From positions 7,150,174 through 7,214,173 of the forward strand of contig MU054001.1 of the NCBI GenBank assembly GCA_013239625.1: a stretch of DNA of 64,000 nucleotides, written 5' to 3'. Every line of letters begins with the position of its first letter. Position 1 is the stretch's first letter. Source of the stretch: Lama guanicoe (Eukaryota). Both the position numbers and the translations under genes were made by a program. The notes below the pieces were generated by a model that did no database searches, was not told the origin of the DNA, and worked only from the letters and a program-made list of their open reading frames with translations. This document shows positions 1-11,025 of the stretch, one piece after another.

Positions 1-1437
1 ATAAATAGATATCATAGAAGAGATAACTAATCAAGAACAGGACATCAAAACCAAGAGAAATAGAAATGAATTAAGAAGTAAAAATTAAGAGAGTAATTGA
101 AAATAGAACAGGTGAAAACAGATTTAAAAAACAAACAAACAAAAACAAAACAAAACAAAAAAAAGGGGTTGTTGGTGTTCTCCTGGAGTCTGTGTGCTTT
201 TAATGTGAAGTCCTTCTGTCTTCGTCCTGTTTTGGAAGCTCAGCTTGTTTTCATAGGCCCTCCGTTGGCGCCCTCTTCTGTGCTGCTCCCAGCACCTGTC
301 GGCAAGCAGATCGCGCCTCCTCCTAACACGGGGTCAGATGCAGCTCTCCTCTGCTGCGGGCGGGCGGGTCACTGCCCCTCTGGATGCTGCAGTCAGATGT
401 TGCAGACTGGCCAGGCAGGAGGGCGGGTCGTGCCCCCTCCCAGCACCTCAGTCAGGGGCTGTGTTCCTGCTCGACAGGTGGGGGGGGGGGGCGCTCTCCC
501 TCTGCGCCGCCGGTAGCTCCGCTGCTTTGTGCGGCTGCGCGCTCAGCCCTGGTCGCACCCCGTGGGTGGGCTCGGGGAAGACCGAGGGGCAGCCTCGTCC
601 CTGCTCCGAGCCAAGACTCAGCTCCTTGTTTGTCCCTGTGGAGCAAGTTCTCTGAGGGACCAGGATGGAAGGATCCTATCTGTCCTGGGCTGTAGGCCCG
701 TCTCAGTCTGGCCCTTGAGGCTGCTAAGCCCTTCGGTGCGGACGCAGGTTTCGCCTCTGCCCCCGCCTGGGTGCTCAGCGCCGGAGAATATGGCGGCTGT
801 GACTGGGCCCCGCCCCTCTTCCCCTGAAAAGTTTCCGCGGGTTTTCAGAGATGGGGGTATGCACCCTTCCCCCAAGAGCACATCAACCTTGCTGTTTTAT
901 GGAGGGCCCAGGTTGTTCTGTCCTGTACACCCACAGCCACGGCGCCCAGCCCCTTGCAGTCCCCCGGAGCTGCCTCCGTGCAGCCGCCCCCGTCCTCCGC
1001 CCGGCTTGTGCAGCCTGGCCCTGCCCGCCGCTGCCGGCCCGCGTCTCAGGCTGGGTGTCGGGGGGACGCTCTGTGCCCGTTTAACTTAGTTCTGTCAGAC
1101 AAGGGCTGCTCTGTACAGATCCGAGCCTCGGAGGCTCCCCCTCCGTCCCGCTGGCCTCTCAGTTGGAGAGGGGAGACCCAGCGAGCGAGCGCCAGTCCTC
1201 CTTTGCCGCTCCCTCCCCGCGGGACCCGTCCCGCGCTGCTTTGCCTTTTGTTCTTTCTTTTTTCCTTTTCTCCTACCAGATTTTTGGCGTCTTTATCTTT
1301 TGAAGAGGGCGATGTTCCGTCGGAGTTCCGCAGGCGCTCTGGTTGGCCGAGTGGGTCCGTAGATGTGGGTCTTGGTGTATTTGTGGGAGAGGGTGACTTA
1401 CAAGCGTCCTTCTACTCCGCCATCTTGCCTCTCCTCC
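1..1437 (-). mobile_element. L1 (LINE-1) 5' UTR/promoter of a young, probably full-length element continuing left of the window
   Basis: Minus strand starts GGAGGAGAGGCAAGATGGCGGAGTAGAAGGACGC at 1437, the canonical L1 5' end with YY1 core AAGATGGCGG (1417-1426). CpG-rich 250-1430. Pyrimidine-rich (minus) UTR segment 1-165. Confidence 0.85.
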
Positions 1438-1692
1438 AAAACTTTTCATTTCTTTATGCATCAATTTTGACAGACTTGTGTCTGACTCCACACTGAAAGA
1501 TGAGGATCTGGGCCCTGCCCATCATTCAGTATTACACCTTGTTCTCTAAAAGAGTTGTGCCAGTGTAGGCTCCCATCAGCAATGTGTATAAATTCCACAT
1601 GGGATAGTTTCCATTTATTTCTCCTGTAAGATGATTGTGATTAACTTTGGTGTGTCTGCTGTCCTCCTAGACTTTTATCCTTGAAGGCAGGA

Positions 1693-2151
1693 TGTTGACT
1701 GAACTGAAAAAAAAAAAAAAGCACAATGTGAGAGTTGTGAGTTAAGTTTTATTTAGGGCAAAATGAGGACTAAAGCCCTGGAGACAGCATCTCACATAGC
1801 CCCGAGGAGCTGCTCTGAAGAGGTGGGGGGACGGTCAGTATTATACATGATTTTAGGAAAGGGGATACGTGCAGCCAAGCACACACTTAGGCAGAGGCTG
1901 CTGCTGGTCACTGTTAATGATGTTAGTGCTTTTCTAGAAATGAGGAGATGCAAGAATTTGGGCTTGTAAAATCTTTTCCTGAAAATATCTAACTATCTGA
2001 AGGCCTGTTCAGCCAGTTTTCCCAGAGCACAGAGTGCCTCATTCCTGATCTCCACCCTGAACGCTTTTCTGGCGTTGAAGGTCAGTGGCTGCAGTGGCTC
2101 ATGATTTAATCCTTGCAGAGGTAGATGGCAAGTGCCAGTTTGTAGCTGGCA
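1693..2151 (-). mobile_element. ERV1-class solo LTR
   Basis: TG...CA termini. Perfect 4-bp TSD AGGA (1689-1692 / 2152-2155). TTTATT (minus-strand AATAAA) near 1750. Confidence 0.85.
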
Positions 2152-2471
2152 AGGAGCAGAGTTAGTTGATTGCTGCAGGCTAGGAGGGCAGCATTCATTC
2201 ATTCAGCTCTTAGAAAAATGAGCTCAAAATAAGAAAAAAGGTCAAAGAAGTCGCTAAGTGATCTCTCAGTGCAGGGCTGGGCTGGCACCTTTGATTGACT
2301 TTCTACTGAAGGGGCTGTTTTATAATTCTGAGAGGGCAGAGGTGAACTTAACAGATTTTGGTTTGGCTGACATGCAAATAATTCCTAACTAGTGGAAAGG
2401 ATAATTTTAAAGGTTATGGTTTTGGGCCCTGAGGGCAGTAACTAGTTTTGTTTCTAACCTCCAATCATATC

Positions 2472-3750
2472 TGTGATGCTGTGACTCATAATAAATGTAT
2501 ATTTGGTCATAGTGCCCTTTTCCAGAACAGTGTTCCTCAAACCTTGAAATTTCCTAAGTGATCAGACCCATAAAGATGTCTTTGTTATGTTAGTAGAGTG
2601 ACAAGGAAAGCACCTAAGGATGGGGACTGGTTCCCAGTACAGCCGATCATGTGATTAGAGGGTTGGAACTTTAAGTCCTCTCCCCCTCGCCCCACCAACT
2701 TTCAGTGAAGGGAGAGGGGCTGGAGGTTGAGCTCAATCACTAATGGCTAATGATTTAATCAAGTGTGATTCTGTGATGAAGCCTCCATAAAAACCTAAAA
2801 GGATGGGGTTCTGAGAGCTTCTGGGTTGGTGACCACATGCAGATTTAGGGAGGTGGCATGCACAGAGTGAGTGCATGAAAGCTGCCCATATCTTGCTCTA
2901 AGCATCTCTTCCATCTGGCTATTCCTGTGTTGTATCCTTTTATAATAAACCAGTGATGTAGTAAGTAAAATGTTTCTCTGAGCTCGGTGAGCCATTCTAG
3001 CAAATTAATTAAACCCAGGGAGGGGGTCATTGGAACCTCTAATCTATAGCCAGTCAGTCGGAAGAACAGGTCTTTTCTGAACCTGGACTTGTAATTGGCT
3101 GAAGTGTGGGGGTGGGGGTGGTATTGTGAGACTGAGCCTGTCAGAGAGGGGAAATGTCCCCTTACCCTTCTGGATTCTTTTGGCTGGTCTGATTAAATTG
3201 GCACAAGACCTATTAACAGGAGAAAAATCAAATAGAATTTTGTATGCATGGAGATCTCAAAGACATGGGACCTAAAGAAATGACCAAAGCAGGTAGTTTT
3301 TATATTTTTTAAACAAAGAAACAATAAATTTATGAAGAACAAACCAAGACAAAGAAGACTGGGCTAGGGGTGATAAATTAGTAAAAAAATAACAAGGTTT
3401 GTTTACACAGCCTTCTCGGCCCTGAATTCTCTCTCTGGTGACAAGCATTTTACTCTACCTCCTGGTACAGGAGGGCACCTTTCACATAGGAGATTTATTT
3501 CCCACTTTCAGGAGGACAGAGGAGGGTCAGAGTGTCCTTCTTGTACTGGCTGTATCTTATGTAACTTTAAGCTAATCAACGTGCTATTTTGGCATATTTT
3601 GGGGCGGTCTGCCTTGAGCCCTAACAAGCCCTTAACCTATGGACTCTAACACTATACTCCAGGTAGGTGGTGTCAGAATTGAGTTGAATTTTAGGACATC
3701 CAACTGGTGTTTGAGGATTGCTCGGATGTGGGGAAGAAGCCCCGCACACT
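2472..3750. mobile_element. MER21-like LTR, interrupted by a younger LTR
   Basis: Begins TGTGATGCTGTGACTCATAATAAATGTATATTTGGTC, resembling MER21. The consensus-like sequence GAGACTGAGCC|CTTAACCT resumes after 3630. Confidence 0.65.
3139..3626 (-). mobile_element. ERV1-class solo LTR nested in MER21-like LTR
   Basis: TG...CA termini. Perfect 4-bp TSD AGCC (3135-3138 / 3627-3630). Confidence 0.8.
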
Positions 3751-4429
3751 GTAATTGGGTGCAAAACTCTTGATATCCTAGTGCTGTTTTATTAAGTTGC
3801 CTAGAATATACTGTCTTCAAATTCTCATTTGCTATAGTTTTAAGATCTTACTGGTATTCTCTTGATTATTGAGTTGAACAAAATCTTTGACACATGGTTT
3901 ATTTTACATTTGCATGAGTCAAGATTTTATCTTTTTAAAAGTTATGCTTCAACACAATAACATGGTATCACATAGAAACACTGATTCCTCAGTAGTTTAT
4001 ACATAATGGGGAGATCATTTCGAGGCAAGATCTTCTTTTTCTGTTTTGTGTTACAGTTATTTTGCAAGAAGCAGGGCTGAAGTCTGGTTAATAGGAATGT
4101 CTTCCTTTTGTGAGATTTGACTTCCAACTTCTTTGGAAGAAGGAAGTTAGTCATGAGAGTGAAGGTCTTCCTTTAGATATTTCAGAAATAAGCTAACCTT
4201 TGTCTTCTCTGCTAAGGAAAATCTTGTCTGGATTCAAAACACTTGTTATCTCCCACAGCATCCTTTTTCCTGGGTCTGCTTTTATTAGAAAGGAACGCTC
4301 TGCTTGGCCCTTTGGAGCAGGAAGTCACCACTCCCAGATCATTCCTTTCTGATCCCCAAATGTCTGTTCTACCAAACCTAGACATTATTTCCCCCTCTAG
4401 CCCATCCATCACACAAGGTGTTTCTAAGA

Positions 4430-4642
4430 TAGTGGTTCTCATTTAGGTGTGATTTGTCATTGGGGGATACTTGGCAGTGCCTGGAGGCATTTTGGGTTGT
4501 TACAAATTGGTGATGGGTTGCTACTGGCATCCAGAGGGTAGGAACCAACAATGCTGCTAAGCAACCAGCACACAGGACAGACCCCCGTAGTGAAAAATTA
4601 CCTGGCCCCGAATATCAATAGTGTCATGATTGAGAAACCCTG
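4430..4642. mobile_element. MER20 hAT-Charlie MITE
   Basis: Ends TAGTGGTTCTCA ... TGAGAAACCCTG. Internal TGCTACTGGCATCCAG and ATGCTGCTAA motifs typical of MER20. Confidence 0.8.
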
Positions 4643-4942
4643 TTGTAAGGTGATTTTGAGGAAATAACTTCATAGTCTCTGCATTTTACAGATGAACAAA
4701 TGGGGGCTCAGGAAAGTTGGTTGCTCCACCCAAGATCACATAGCAAGAGACAGAGCAGAGACTTAATCTTAGTTTCTTTAGGTCTGTTCTTTGTTCGCAA
4801 GTGTGTTGCTTCTTTGGGCTATCGATAGAAATAAAGTGAGTGACACTACAGAGGGAGGCATAGCTCAGGTGACAGGAAAGAGGAGAGTGGGCTGCAGGAA
4901 GTGGGAGAGATGTAAGGGTCAGGGAAGGTCTCTGTCTAGTTT

Positions 4943-5681
4943 TGTTACGAAGACTGTTGCCCCAGGATCATACCCCTGCCCCTCCCTCAAATAGGAACCA
5001 ATTACTCTTATCTAGGTTTTGGGAGGAAGCTGCAAAGAGAAAAAAAATAAGAACTGGTTAGAACCAAGTAGACCCAAGATGGTGGAGTATTTGACTTCCA
5101 GTAGACCTTCAACCTCATGATACAGTATATTGTAATACATTAGCATGTTAAATGACACACCCACCAGCTCCATGACAGTTGACAATTGCCATGACAACAA
5201 GCAGAAAGGCCCATACAAAGATGGAAAAGGAGAGTTGCATCAGGTTCTGCATATAAACCACACCCTTGTTCTCAGATAACTCGTGAATATTCCTCCCACT
5301 CTTTCCAGTTCTCTCCCTTTTACCTCAACTTTCCTGTAAGTTGGTGTCTCTGCCTGAATTGGGTTGTGAAATTGATGGGCAAGCTAGTTTTCCACTTCTC
5401 CATTCTTTGGTCATTGAATAAAGCTTGTGCTGTTCAGTCTCAGCATTGGTTTCCTTATTGGCTGTGCAAATCTGATTGGAAGAAGAACCTCTCTGGCTGA
5501 GACAGGGGGTCTCAGCCTTGGCTAGGACCTTGGCGTGGGTCCAGTCAATCAATCTGGTAAGAGTCTCATTTGATAAAGCGCTAACACCATGTCCAGTATC
5601 CATGTCAGTATCAGTGCTGATGCTCCAGCTATTACAGGAGTGTGGAGCCATCAGTGAAGCCCTCACACCTTCTCTCTAACA
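4943..5681 (+). mobile_element. ERV solo LTR
   Basis: TGTTAC...TAACA termini. AATAAA near 5418. Near-TSD GTTT/ATTT. Confidence 0.65.
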
Positions 5682-6371
5682 ATTTCTGAAGGTGATCACA
5701 ATGTGGTGGTTTAGAGAGAACCCCCTACTTTTGTTCATCTCAAGAGGCAGCCCTGTCCCGGGCTCTGAAAGCAGTGGTTTGCATGGCAGAGACTGAAGAA
5801 AATGTCCCAGTGAAATGGAAGAAGAGGTCAACAGGGGTTAGTTCAGTCTTCACAAACAAATGGAAAATGGCCAGCGCTGGGAGGGTATGCATGACAGGCC
5901 TTTACCAAACAGCCAGCACTTGCAGTCAGTTCTGAGCCAATGAGGACTACAAATGAGTTGTTGGCTCCAGGGAGGGAAGGGCAGCTCTTCAGAAAGATTA
6001 AAGTTACCCTGTGCCTTTCTGTCTTCTAATGACATTCCTTCCAGCTGATATCTTTGAATAACATGAGAATCTGTGCTAGCCATGCAGAGCAAGTAGACCA
6101 TACTATTTTGTGGGAAGTGACTAAATGAGCTGGACACTGCCTGAGCCTACAGCTGGTTCTGGCACAGGCCCTGTATTTCTCCACCTCACTGCCTTTTTTG
6201 ACACCCCCTCCTCACCTGTGCTCCATTCCGTGAGTGCTTGCACCTCCCTTCCCACCCAACCTCAAAATCTTTTTCCTCAACACCACCTTCTTCACGAATT
6301 CTGCCCTTCCATTTGGAAGTGACTACATTGCTCCCTAAATTCTAGCAGCCTATCTTTCTCTCTCTCTCTCT

Positions 6372-6730
6372 TTTTTTTTTCTTAAATTGAAGTATAGTCA
6401 GTTACAGTGCCTCAATTTCTGGTGTACAGCATCATGTCTCAGTCATGCATAGACATTTCATCTTCATATTCTTTTTCATTAAAGATTATTAGAAGATATT
6501 GAATATAGTTCCCTGTGGTATACAGAAGAAACTTATTTTTTAAAACCTATTTTTATATATAGTGGTTAACATTTGAAAATCTCAAACTCCTAAATTTATC
6601 CCTTCCCACTCCCTTTCCCCAGTAACCATAAGATTGTTTACTATGTTTGTGAGTCTGTCTCTTTTGTAGATGAGTTCCTTAGTGCCTTCTTTCTTCCTTC
6701 CTTTCTTCCTTCCTTCCTCTCTTTCTTTCT

Positions 6731-6785
<55 letters not shown>

Positions 6786-7035
6786 GACTCTTCATATGAG
6801 TGATATCATATGGCATTTTTCTTTCTCTTTCTGGCTTACTTCACTTAGAATGACAATCTTCAGGTTCACCCATGTTGCTGCAAATGGCATTATTTTATTC
6901 ATTTTTAATGGCTGAGTAATATATATATATTACTGTGAGATATATAATAATATATATATATCTCACAGTTTTTTAATCCAGTCATCTCTTGATGGACATT
7001 TAAATTGCTTCCAAGTCTTGGCTATTATATATAGT
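6372..7035 (-). mobile_element. 5'-truncated L1 3' end with internal (TTTC)n and (TA)n
   Basis: Poly(T) followed by TTGAAGTATAGTCAGTTACA...TTTCTGGTGTACAGCA, the same L1 3'UTR as at 27100. Confidence 0.85.
6687..6785. repeat. (TTTC)n/(TTCC)n microsatellite
   Basis: Directly visible tetranucleotide array. Confidence 0.95.
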
Positions 7036-7839
7036 TCACAGCCTGTCCCTTTATCTGACTGTTGCTTGTGAATCTTATAATTTTCTCTGTATTGTGGTTA
7101 TTTGGATCCAAGTCTGATTCTCCCTACTTCATGGTTCCCAAAAAGAAAACTCTCATACAAGGACATTTTTGTAGGAAAGTAAGGGGAACATTTATGAAAA
7201 AATAGGTTCAGTTCTAGCAGTGGAACTTAACAAGAATACAGGTGCTTATTAAGTACACTGCCTATCTATCCCCAAAATGGAATTGTCTTTTCAAAGTTAC
7301 ACCATGCTTCAGTATCACTTCCATGTATTTTCTTAGTCCTTGACATTTAATCATTCACAACTGCTTTTTACTACCTCATTTATATTACCATCATGGACAT
7401 AATGTTATCATGCAATTAATGGCGTAATATCTTGCAACACTTGCTACCTGCCAAGTAGGACCTAGGTACCGGTTAAAACAGTTGAGTTGGCAATCGATGG
7501 AACATTAAAGTGTTTTATGGGAATTAAGAAAGGTAAGATATATTGAATTTCAATGGCTGCTAGCTAAACTTCTGACTCCTTGGTGAAACCTGTTTGCCCA
7601 GTATCTGAATCAAGTCTACAATTCTAAAGTTGGTCTTCAGGGCCAAAATTAGATTATACTCAAGGAACCAAGAAGGGGAAATGGGGAAATAAGAAGTAGG
7701 TGAGGCAAATTCAACTAAGTCAGCTTGGAATCTTTAGGTGGTCTTTGAATTTGTTGAAAAGAAAAAAAGAATCCCACTGGGTACAAGAGAAATGGGTAAA
7801 ATATGTAAGTTCAGAATGATGCTTTTCACACTTCTGGTT

Positions 7840-8750
7840 TCCAGGCTGGCCCGTAGGAGTTTTACAACAAGATAAAAGCTCAAAAACTGAAAAATCGACA
7901 ACTCTTTTTTATATCTATCAGAGAATTGAGGTCACAGTGCAAACTGCTGCCCCCATACTGGAGAGATGGACAAGCAGATACAGAGAATCACAACTAGTGG
8001 AACAGAAACCTGTGACAGAAACCTCCATGGGAAACAGGGCCAGGATAGGAAATCCTAAACTGTAACTTGATGGACTGCTGGAGACTGGGGGCTCAGTCAT
8101 GTGGGGACCCAACATTTTTGTGACTATAACATTTAGGGAGCTTGACCAGGTCCTCAGAGTGAATATCAGAGAAAAATCCCCCCATGCTTTTGGCAGGAAG
8201 AGGGTAAAAAGAACCATTAAAAAACATACCGCAGCATTCTTTTCTTCTTCACAAGGCTTGCCCTCAGGAGAATCCATTTTATCATAGTCTAATCTACCTG
8301 GGGAAAGGGAGATACCCAACTCTACTCCCTTAAACCATCCTGTCCCACGTAAGGGGGCAGAAAACACTGAGAAGCAGTGGTGAAGCTCACAGTGCAGGGG
8401 CACAGGGTCACCAAAAGACGGGGACCTAATCATAGGACTGTAGAATGTTTCCCTACCCTCCTCCCCACCTCCTGCCATAGCATTATTAAAGGCCTTTTGC
8501 CACAGTTCATTTTCCCCAGTGCATTGTGTCTACCTTTCAACAAAAAATTACAAAGGCAGAAAACACAGTTTGTAGAGACTAAACAAGCATTAGAACCAGA
8601 ATTGGATATGGAAGGAATGTTAGAATTATCAGACCAAGAATGAAAAACAAAACAACAACTATGATTAATATACTGAAGGCTTTACTTGGAAAAGCAGACA
8701 ATGTGGAAGAGCAGATGGATAATATAAGCAGAGAGAGTGACAGTCTAAGG
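7840..8750 (+). mobile_element. Old L1M 5'UTR/ORF1 fragment
   Basis: Degenerate ORF1-like translation KTQFVETKQALEPELDMEGMLELSDQE, then A-rich ORF1-like sequence. Confidence 0.6.
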
Positions 8751-10299
8751 ATGGATGCACCATGATTTATTTAACATTTCCCCTAATAATGGGTATTGAG
8801 GATGCTTACAGTCTTTTGATACAGTAAACACTGATGCTACAATAAATGTCCTTGTACATACTTTTTTTGGGGGTAAATATGTACAAGAATATTTGGAGTA
8901 TAGTTGTTTTGAAATGTAAGTACCAGGTCAAGGAGTAAACACATTAAAAGTTTTTAATACTTGCCAACTAGCCCTCAAAAGAGGTTGTTCAGTTGGTACT
9001 TCCAGCAAAGTGGCTGAGCACCTATGTGGCTAATGTGTACCTACAAGGGGAAGCCAAATACTTATTATGTGTATCTTTCCTCACCCAGTAGGGTGCTGTC
9101 AAATACTCATTTAAATAATGATAAAAAGAAATAGGTCAAGGAAACATTCATTTTAGACTTGATCTGGCTTTTGTGTGGAGGTTACCATAAGGCATTGAGT
9201 CTGGAGTGAAAACATTCTGCTTTATCTTGCCTGGACCTGACTGTTTTCGAAACAAATTGAGAAATCACTTTATATATTGCTGAAGGGCTTTGCAGAGCTG
9301 TAACTTAGAGGATTGTTGAGAGAGATTGCTTGTTCTAAGTTTCAAAGAAACTTGCATACTAAGGTTTGGCAGTTGGGGGTCTTTTGGTTGGAGCTGATCT
9401 GTTTTACCAGCTTTCCCCAGAATCTTCCCTCAGTGAAAAGGAAGTTATGGAGACCTACCCTTTCCCTGCTTTCTTACCAACTGACTTGGTTCCTTGCAAT
9501 GAGTTTGGGGTCCTTGCAAGGAGCTCTGTCTCATGATAGAAGGAAATTCCCCAATCCACCAAGCCTGGAAGTCAGGCTCCCAGTGATCACCAGCATTGAT
9601 AATTATTTCATAATGTCGTTTCAGCCAATGCATGGATTTAGAAAAAAACAAGTCAGTGTAATGTGTTTTGCACAGGAGGAGAGGGAATTCTGAGAGCAGG
9701 TGCAATTTGAATTGAATTATTTCATTACTTGCTCACCATGTCTGGCTGTCGTTAGAAGAACAAAAACGCCTCAGACAGTTTCTTCTCTTTGAGACAGTTA
9801 ACTTCATTTTGTGAGATGCGAATGAGACCCACATAACTCATTTAGACTCGGTCCAGTGCTTAGGTATCTAGTTATTATTTTCTTGGATGTTATTGGATTT
9901 TGTGGACTTTTTAGAGATGGCTCTATTATGTGTTTGGTAAACAGAGAAGGCGGTGGGAGGGGAGATAGTGGCCAGATACCCTTCTCTTCTGAAGGAAGAT
10001 AAATGAGGTTCTGGCTCTGGAAATGAATAGGGAGAGATGCCGCCAACCTCCCGTGTACCCCTTTTTGGGAATTTGTGCTCTGCAAGTGTAATTGGTTCCT
10101 TACAACAATCCCTGGAAAGTTTTGGATGCATGCCAAGGCTTTTAGAGTTTCCCTGAATACAGAGGATGACAGATCTGAATGGTCCAGATCGTGCCCCTTG
10201 TGTGAACACTGCATGTCTGACATGTGGACTCTGCTCACACACCTCCAGGGGTCCTTGGGGGACCAGTCTTTCCCCACATTTGGAATATGTGACCTCAAG

Positions 10300-11025
10300 T
10301 TCCAGGAAGCTGGTGATGGGGATGTAGACCTGAGCCAGTCATCACACCCCGTACCCCTGGCTGCTGTGATTGGTTCAGGAAGGGGCTCATAGCTCAGTCA
10401 CAACTGTGAGATGCTGGGAGGCTTTTGCCTGGAATTCTGGGAAAGAGATCCTTTCTCCCTTTTCTTCAATGACTAATGGTTTTGTCAATAAAATTTGCTG
10501 TTTTTCCTAGTGCTATTACGTTGCCTCTTATAGCTGCTACAGCAAGGTGGTGATATTGGCATCCTGACTAAATAAATATCATGCTTTAGGAGACCAGACA
10601 TTTTTAAAATGTACAAGTTCTTTCAAGATGAGGGAATTGATTAAAAAAAAAAGGAATCTTTCTCCTAAAAAGTGAAAATGTTTGTTTTTCAATCCTGAAA
10701 TGTGATGTAACAATGGCCTATTTTGATCTTACATCTTTTTTTAAAAACTGAAAAAAAGAAACCACCAAAAGTATTGTCCTTAAATAGCAAATGTTGGATG
10801 CTTTGAAGTTGCTGCTGCCACCAAGGAGAATCAGCTTGAAAGCAAAGTGATCATGGAGGAAAGTAGAGGTGGGGGAGAGGCAGACAGACAGACAGACAGA
10901 ATGAGAGCGAGCACATGCCCTGAAACATAGCCAGGACTCTATGAGGCTTATTCCTCAGCTATACAAAGTGGTAACTTCCATCTTGGGTTAGATTTTCTCT
11001 CGTTTGTATGTAAAAGGGTCCTGGT
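10300..11025 (+). mobile_element. MLT1 (MaLR) LTR, split by an AT-rich insert
   Basis: GTGATTGGTTCAGG and TTTTGCCTGGAATTCTGGGAAAGAGA motifs before about 10465. GCCACCA...GAGAATCAGC and the terminal ...AAAAGGGTCCTG after about 10795. Confidence 0.5.

Noticed and set aside
97..1496. Several long overlapping plus-strand ORFs (139-186 aa) as a gene or L1 ORF0 analogue
   Set aside because: They lie antisense in a GC-rich L1 5'UTR where stops are rare. They are Pro/Arg/Gly-rich, mostly non-ATG starts, and show no recognisable homology.
7918..8478. 186-aa minus-strand ORF
   Set aside because: Antisense to an old L1 5' region; no homology recognised.
9313..10392. Cluster of 86-164 aa ORFs and a possible minus-strand splice donor near 9735
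   Set aside because: No recognisable protein similarity and no consistent exon chain.
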